NCBI GenBank assembly: GCA_965223785.1
Contig: OZ245017.1
Coordinates: 1,537,068-1,601,067, forward strand
Source: Phototrophicaceae bacterium
GTDB lineage: Bacteria > Chloroflexota > Anaerolineae > Aggregatilineales > Phototrophicaceae
Length of the DNA stretch: 64,000 bases
Direction of reading: 5' to 3'
Shown here: piece after piece, positions 60,034 through 64,000 of the stretch
Layout of the letters: every line of letters starts with the position of its first letter
How positions within the stretch are numbered: position 1 is the stretch's first letter
Notes under the pieces: generated by a model
Seen by the model: the letters and a program-made list of their open reading frames with translations, nothing else
Told to the model about the DNA's origin: nothing
Databases searched by the model: none
Translations under genes and position numbers: made by a program

Positions 60034-61580
60034 TCATCCGTTCTTTCGTGATGACCGTTAATCTGCTCAATGACCGTATCAGCACTCATCATAGCCGCCG
60101 CGATTTTCTCCTGTGTAGCTTCCTGGCGAGAAAATTCTGCTACGATCTCACCAGAGCGCATAACCAAAATTCGATCACTCATACCCAGGATTTCTGGCAA
60201 CTCACTCGAAATCATCAAAATCGCTAAGCCTCTTTCAGCAGCCAGCTCACTCATCAAGCGGTGAATTTCGGCTTTTGCACCAACATCTATGCCTCGCGTT
60301 GGCTCGTCCATGATGATGACACGGGGTGAGCTGGATAACCATTTCCCAACCACAACCTTTTGCTGGTTACCACCAGAGAGTTTGTTCGCAATTTGCTCGG
60401 TGCTATACGCTCGTATACCAAATTGGTTGATAGCACGACGGGCAATTGACCGTTCATCTTTGTAATTGATAAAGCTATTCTTCGAAATTTCCTTCAGGAT
60501 GGCCATCGAAAGATTTTCTCGAATAGTCATTTCCTTTATTAAACCTTGTGTTCCACGATCTTCTGGTACATAAGCGATCCCATTTGCAACAGCCTGTGCC
60601 GGGTGACTGACAGTGACAGATTCGCCATTTATGAGAATCTCACCGGAGTGGGCTGGTGTGATGCCAAAGATCACTTGCGCGGTTTCACTGCGTCCAGAAC
60701 CAACCAATCCAGCGATGCCCACGATTTCACCAGCCCGTATCTGCAATGATATGTGCTTTGTGTTGGGTTCTCGAACAAGGTCTTTAACTTCGAGAACAAC
60801 GTCCTTGATCTCTGCTTCTTGTTTAGGAAACAGGTTGTCGATGGTTCGACCAACCATCATACTAATAAGTTCCTGTTCAGTTGTTTCTTGAACACGTTTT
60901 GTGCCAATGTACTGACCATCTCGCAGGACCGTCACTCGATCTGCCAATTCAAACACTTCAACCAGACGATGCGTTATATAGATGATGCCAACCCCTCGAT
61001 CGCGTAGGAGACGTACAGTTACAAACAAATTGTCGACATCGGCCTCGGTTAATGCAGCCGTCGGCTCATCCATAATCAGCAAGCGAGCATTGAGCGAAAG
61101 CGCCTTTGCAATTTCCACTCGTTGACGATTACCGACATTGAGTGTGCCAACCAAACGTTTAACATCCATGTCGATAATATCAAGCTCAGCGAGCAAGTTT
61201 CTGGCTCCATCGAACATACCTTGCCAATCAACAACATTCAATATCCCAAATTGACGGCGGGGTGCATGGCCCATGAAGACATTTTCGGCAACAGTTAAAT
61301 CAGGATACAAGCTTAATTCCTGATAGATGGTCGCGATTCCTACTTGCTGTGCTTCGCGGGGATTGCTAAAAGAACGTTGTTCACCACCAAAAACGATTTC
61401 GCCAGAATCTGGGTTATGTACCCCAGCGATGGTTTTAATGAGCGTTGACTTCCCTGCCCCGTTTTCGCCTAAGAGCGCATGTATCTCTCCAGGCAGCACA
61501 TCAAAATCCACCCCACGCAAGGCATAAACACCAGGAAACCGTTTTTGAATAGCTTTGACTTGGAGGATAGCCTCTGTCAT
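60030..61580 (-). CDS. Sugar ABC transporter ATP-binding protein with duplicated ATPase domains (RbsA/MglA type)
   Basis: Two Walker A (GENGAGKST; second degenerate), two LSGGNQQK signatures, Walker B. Confidence 0.9.
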   Translation of the reverse strand: MTEAILQVKAIQKRFPGVYALRGVDFDVLPGEIHALLGENGAGKSTLIKTIAGVHNPDSGEIVFGGEQRSFSNPREAQQVGIATIYQELSLYPDLTVAENVFMGHAPRRQFGILNVVDWQGMFDGARNLLAELDIIDMDVKRLVGTLNVGNRQRVEIAKALSLNARLLIMDEPTAALTEADVDNLFVTVRLLRDRGVGIIYITHRLVEVFELADRVTVLRDGQYIGTKRVQETTEQELISMMVGRTIDNLFPKQEAEIKDVVLEVKDLVREPNTKHISLQIRAGEIVGIAGLVGSGRSETAQVIFGITPAHSGEILINGESVTVSHPAQAVANGIAYVPEDRGTQGLIKEMTIRENLSMAILKEISKNSFINYKDERSIARRAINQFGIRAYSTEQIANKLSGGNQQKVVVGKWLSSSPRVIIMDEPTRGIDVGAKAEIHRLMSELAAERGLAILMISSELPEILGMSDRILVMRSGEIVAEFSRQEATQEKIAAAMMSADTVIEQINGHHERTDE

Positions 61581-61666
61581 GTAACAACTTTCAAGAGTTC
61601 AAGTAAAATCTTGGTTAAATTGAGTATATCCAGAATGTATGCATTCACACAAAAAACAAAGAAAGC

Positions 61667-61685
61667 ATATGAAAGTAAAAGTTAC
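61667..61685. promoter_or_regulatory. Candidate LacI-family operator: perfect palindrome GAAAGTAA-AAG-TTACTTTC between the LacI gene and the transporter operon
   Basis: 8-bp inverted arms with a 3-nt spacer, 62 bp downstream of the regulator stop and about 85 bp upstream of the transporter ATPase start. Confidence 0.45.
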
Positions 61686-61746
61686 TTTCCACAAGCGCAA
61701 CACGATTTATTTCACCCGATTCACAGAAAATTCTTCAAGTGAATTG

Positions 61747-62829
61747 CTAAGCTCTAAGCCACAATGTTGATTCTCGTTCGATCAGTTTGGGGCTTAGCAA
61801 TTGTCGTTGCCGGTTTTGCATAGCATCGTACGGATTATCAATAATCTTAAGTAGCAGATCAAGGGCTTGATCCGCCAATTCTTGACTGGGGATAGCAACC
61901 GTGGTTAGTTCTGGGTAGCTGATCAGCGAATCATGATGATTGCCATAACCGACAATTGATACGTCGTCGGGCACACGCAAACCCATCCTAGCCAGTCCCT
62001 TGATGGTGTTGGCTCCGACACCATCATTGGTGGCGAAGAAAGCCGTTGGTGGATGATCTTGTGCCATTAAATGCTGCACTTGCTGAACAACGATATCGCA
62101 CACATTATTCTCTAATAGAGAGTGTTTGGGATAGGGTATGAGGTCAAGATCAACAACATAATGCTTGGGTACTGAGCAACCTCTTTCTTCCATGTAGTGC
62201 CTGTAGGAGTTCATACGACGCCCATCCCAGGGCCAGGTTGGACTGCCAATACACGCGATACGGGTATGTCCGAGGTTTATAAGATGATCAAGCGCAAGCT
62301 GAACCCCTGCTGCCTCATCCACCGTGACTATCGGGGATACTTGCTCGTTGCCGGGGATGATGTGAACATGAGGTTTTTTGAAATCGCCGTCAAGAAATAT
62401 ATTGTAGTCAGAAAGATCACCCAAGAACAGGATTCCATCAAACAACTGACTCTGGAGAACAGTCAATTGCCCCATGATAGCATCATCTGATTCGTGCGAT
62501 GCGCCAATAAACAACTCGACATTACGGGCTTGTCCGGCTAACAACACATGATGCGCTAAGCGGCTCATATAAGTTCCGCTGACAGCCCGATTGATCGCAC
62601 CGATAATGCCCGTTCGGTTGGAACGCAAAGCCGCGGCAAATGGGTTCCGCTGATACCCCAACCGATCTGCAACCTCCAGCACTAATTCACGAGTCTTCTG
62701 GCTAATGCGGATTTTGCCTGTTTTCTTATTGAGGACACGCGAAACAGTTGTAGCAGAAACGCCAGCTTCTTTGGCAATATCGGTGATGCTTATGTTGGAA
62801 GGGTCTTTCATGGTAGCGATCCCAGGCAA
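61747..62829 (-). CDS. LacI-family transcriptional regulator
   Basis: N-terminal HTH ITDIAKEAGVSATTVSRVLN plus a periplasmic-binding-protein-like effector domain. Confidence 0.85.
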   Translation of the reverse strand: MPGIATMKDPSNISITDIAKEAGVSATTVSRVLNKKTGKIRISQKTRELVLEVADRLGYQRNPFAAALRSNRTGIIGAINRAVSGTYMSRLAHHVLLAGQARNVELFIGASHESDDAIMGQLTVLQSQLFDGILFLGDLSDYNIFLDGDFKKPHVHIIPGNEQVSPIVTVDEAAGVQLALDHLINLGHTRIACIGSPTWPWDGRRMNSYRHYMEERGCSVPKHYVVDLDLIPYPKHSLLENNVCDIVVQQVQHLMAQDHPPTAFFATNDGVGANTIKGLARMGLRVPDDVSIVGYGNHHDSLISYPELTTVAIPSQELADQALDLLLKIIDNPYDAMQNRQRQLLSPKLIERESTLWLRA

Positions 62830-62850
62830 TATTGTGGCACAATTGGGATA

Positions 62851-63144
62851 TTATAGCACGCCTAGTTCTGCCAGTATCGGATGTTGTTGCGAAAGCCAAA
62901 TCAACAAGGACAGGTGGTAGATTTCTGGCGTTTTGCTAAGGAGGAATGCCCTTTGATCTCCAAGCTCAAAACGATTTTCATGGGCACCTTGCGGGCTGGC
63001 TCCATAATCATAACTCGATAGATGCTGGTCAGGGCTGCGTTTGCGAATCATCTTGATATTCATGGCAGCACAATGTTCCCGTGCGTTTACATCATCAAGA
63101 AAGACAGAACTGCGAATAGTGTGGCTATTGTATAATTCTTCCAT
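62851..63144 (-). CDS. Small hypothetical protein (97 aa) between a CUT1-type permease gene and the LacI gene
   Basis: ORF only. No motif recognised; could be spurious. Confidence 0.25.
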   Translation of the reverse strand: MEELYNSHTIRSSVFLDDVNAREHCAAMNIKMIRKRSPDQHLSSYDYGASPQGAHENRFELGDQRAFLLSKTPEIYHLSLLIWLSQQHPILAELGVL

Positions 63145-63153
63145 AGCAAATCA

Positions 63154-63984
63154 CTATTTGTCTCGTGAGATGGCGAATCCGCGCATGAATTGGCGCTGGA
63201 AAGCCATGAAGATCATCAATGGTGGAATACTGGCAAGAACTGCACCAAGCATCAACGGCCCCAAATTCTCGGCTGCCAGCCCGTCACTCTGCGTGATGAA
63301 GTTCAGACCAACCTGCACGACCTGATTCGACGGGTCGGTGATAATCATCAATGGCCATAGATACATATTCCAACCTGACATGAACGAGATGACAAACCAT
63401 GCGCCGATGGTGTTCCAACTTAGAGGAATCAGAATGAAGATCAGGTATTGTACCGGGTTCATACCATCCAACTGAGCCGCTTCAGATAGTTCTGATGGGA
63501 TTGACTCGAAATGTTGACGGAAAAGAAATGTTCCTCCGGCGCTTGCTAGTGATGGAGCGACTAGCCCCTGAAAGGTATTGCCCCAGTCCAGCGTGCTTGA
63601 TACAACACGAAACAAGGCAATTACCAGCACCTCACCGGGCATCATGAGCGTAAACAAGATCGCAGCGAAAACAACCCATTTGCCGCGAAACCGGAAGAAT
63701 GAAAATGCTAACCCTGCCATCATTGACAAGATGGTTTTCCCGGTTGCCACAGTCAAGGAAACAAGAACGCTATTACCGAAGGCATTGTGCATGTCACTGT
63801 CGATGACTTGATTAAGATTTTCCTGGAATGAGGAACCTGGGACAAGTGGATTGGCCAACGTTTCGCCTAGCGATTGTGTACTCATTATCACAGCATAGAA
63901 AACAGGCAAGCCTATGAGAGCAACAACAACAACCAGGAACACATGATACAACCAGGTTCCATTAGCCCTTGTGTTCTCAGTCAT
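63154..63984 (-). CDS. Carbohydrate ABC transporter permease (MalG/UgpE-type)
   Basis: EAA loop (EAAQLDGMNPVQYLIFILIPL), 6 TM helices. Confidence 0.8.
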   Translation of the reverse strand: MTENTRANGTWLYHVFLVVVVALIGLPVFYAVIMSTQSLGETLANPLVPGSSFQENLNQVIDSDMHNAFGNSVLVSLTVATGKTILSMMAGLAFSFFRFRGKWVVFAAILFTLMMPGEVLVIALFRVVSSTLDWGNTFQGLVAPSLASAGGTFLFRQHFESIPSELSEAAQLDGMNPVQYLIFILIPLSWNTIGAWFVISFMSGWNMYLWPLMIITDPSNQVVQVGLNFITQSDGLAAENLGPLMLGAVLASIPPLMIFMAFQRQFMRGFAISRDK

Positions 63985-64000
63985 GGCTTACACTCCATAG

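Noticed and set aside
62851-63144. 97-aa ORF as L-rhamnose mutarotase (RhaM), given the sugar-transport context
   Set aside because: The sequence does not match the RhaM conserved His/Tyr/Trp pattern on inspection. Kept only as a low-confidence hypothetical.

Overview
This is a 64-kb bacterial chromosomal window with roughly 50% GC. Its content (multiple LysM and SH3b wall-binding proteins, Thr/Pro-rich lipoprotein linkers, a caa3-type cytochrome oxidase, GAAC-N4-GTTC LexA boxes) fits a Chloroflexi-like or Gram-positive-like lineage. Housekeeping content: a caa3 cytochrome c oxidase operon (ctaC-ctaD-ctaE plus a partial downstream ORF at the left edge); rpsB-tsf-pyrH; rpoD; lexA; ilvE; 23S rRNA m5U methyltransferase; an inositol monophosphatase; an NfeD-flotillin pair; a LacI-regulated ribose-type sugar ABC transporter operon; and tRNA-Arg(ACG) and tRNA-Val(CAC). 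Accessory content: (i) Several decayed insertion sequences. These are an IS3 remnant; two back-to-back DDE transposase genes plus a solo end copy 14 kb away; an IS5 transposase C-terminal remnant; and at least three tnpB-like (IS200/IS605 family OrfB) remnants. (ii) A repeated approximately 150-bp module carrying a perfect LexA (Cheo-type AGAAC-N4-GTTCT) box overlapping an extended -10 promoter. It is present in three copies, two of them flanking a tnpB remnant. Further Cheo boxes lie upstream of lexA and its divergent unknown 573-aa gene, and upstream of a lytic transglycosylase gene. (iii) A 1634-aa ExeM/NucH-type secreted nuclease containing three near-identical 339-bp tandem repeats. (iv) A TIR-domain protein with a pentapeptide-protein-like N-terminus beside an IS remnant. 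(v) AT-rich islets carrying disrupted genes (one with an in-frame TGA) and a DnaB C-terminal-domain ATPase. No CRISPR array or rRNA was found. All identifications come from motif recognition by eye; no database search was run.
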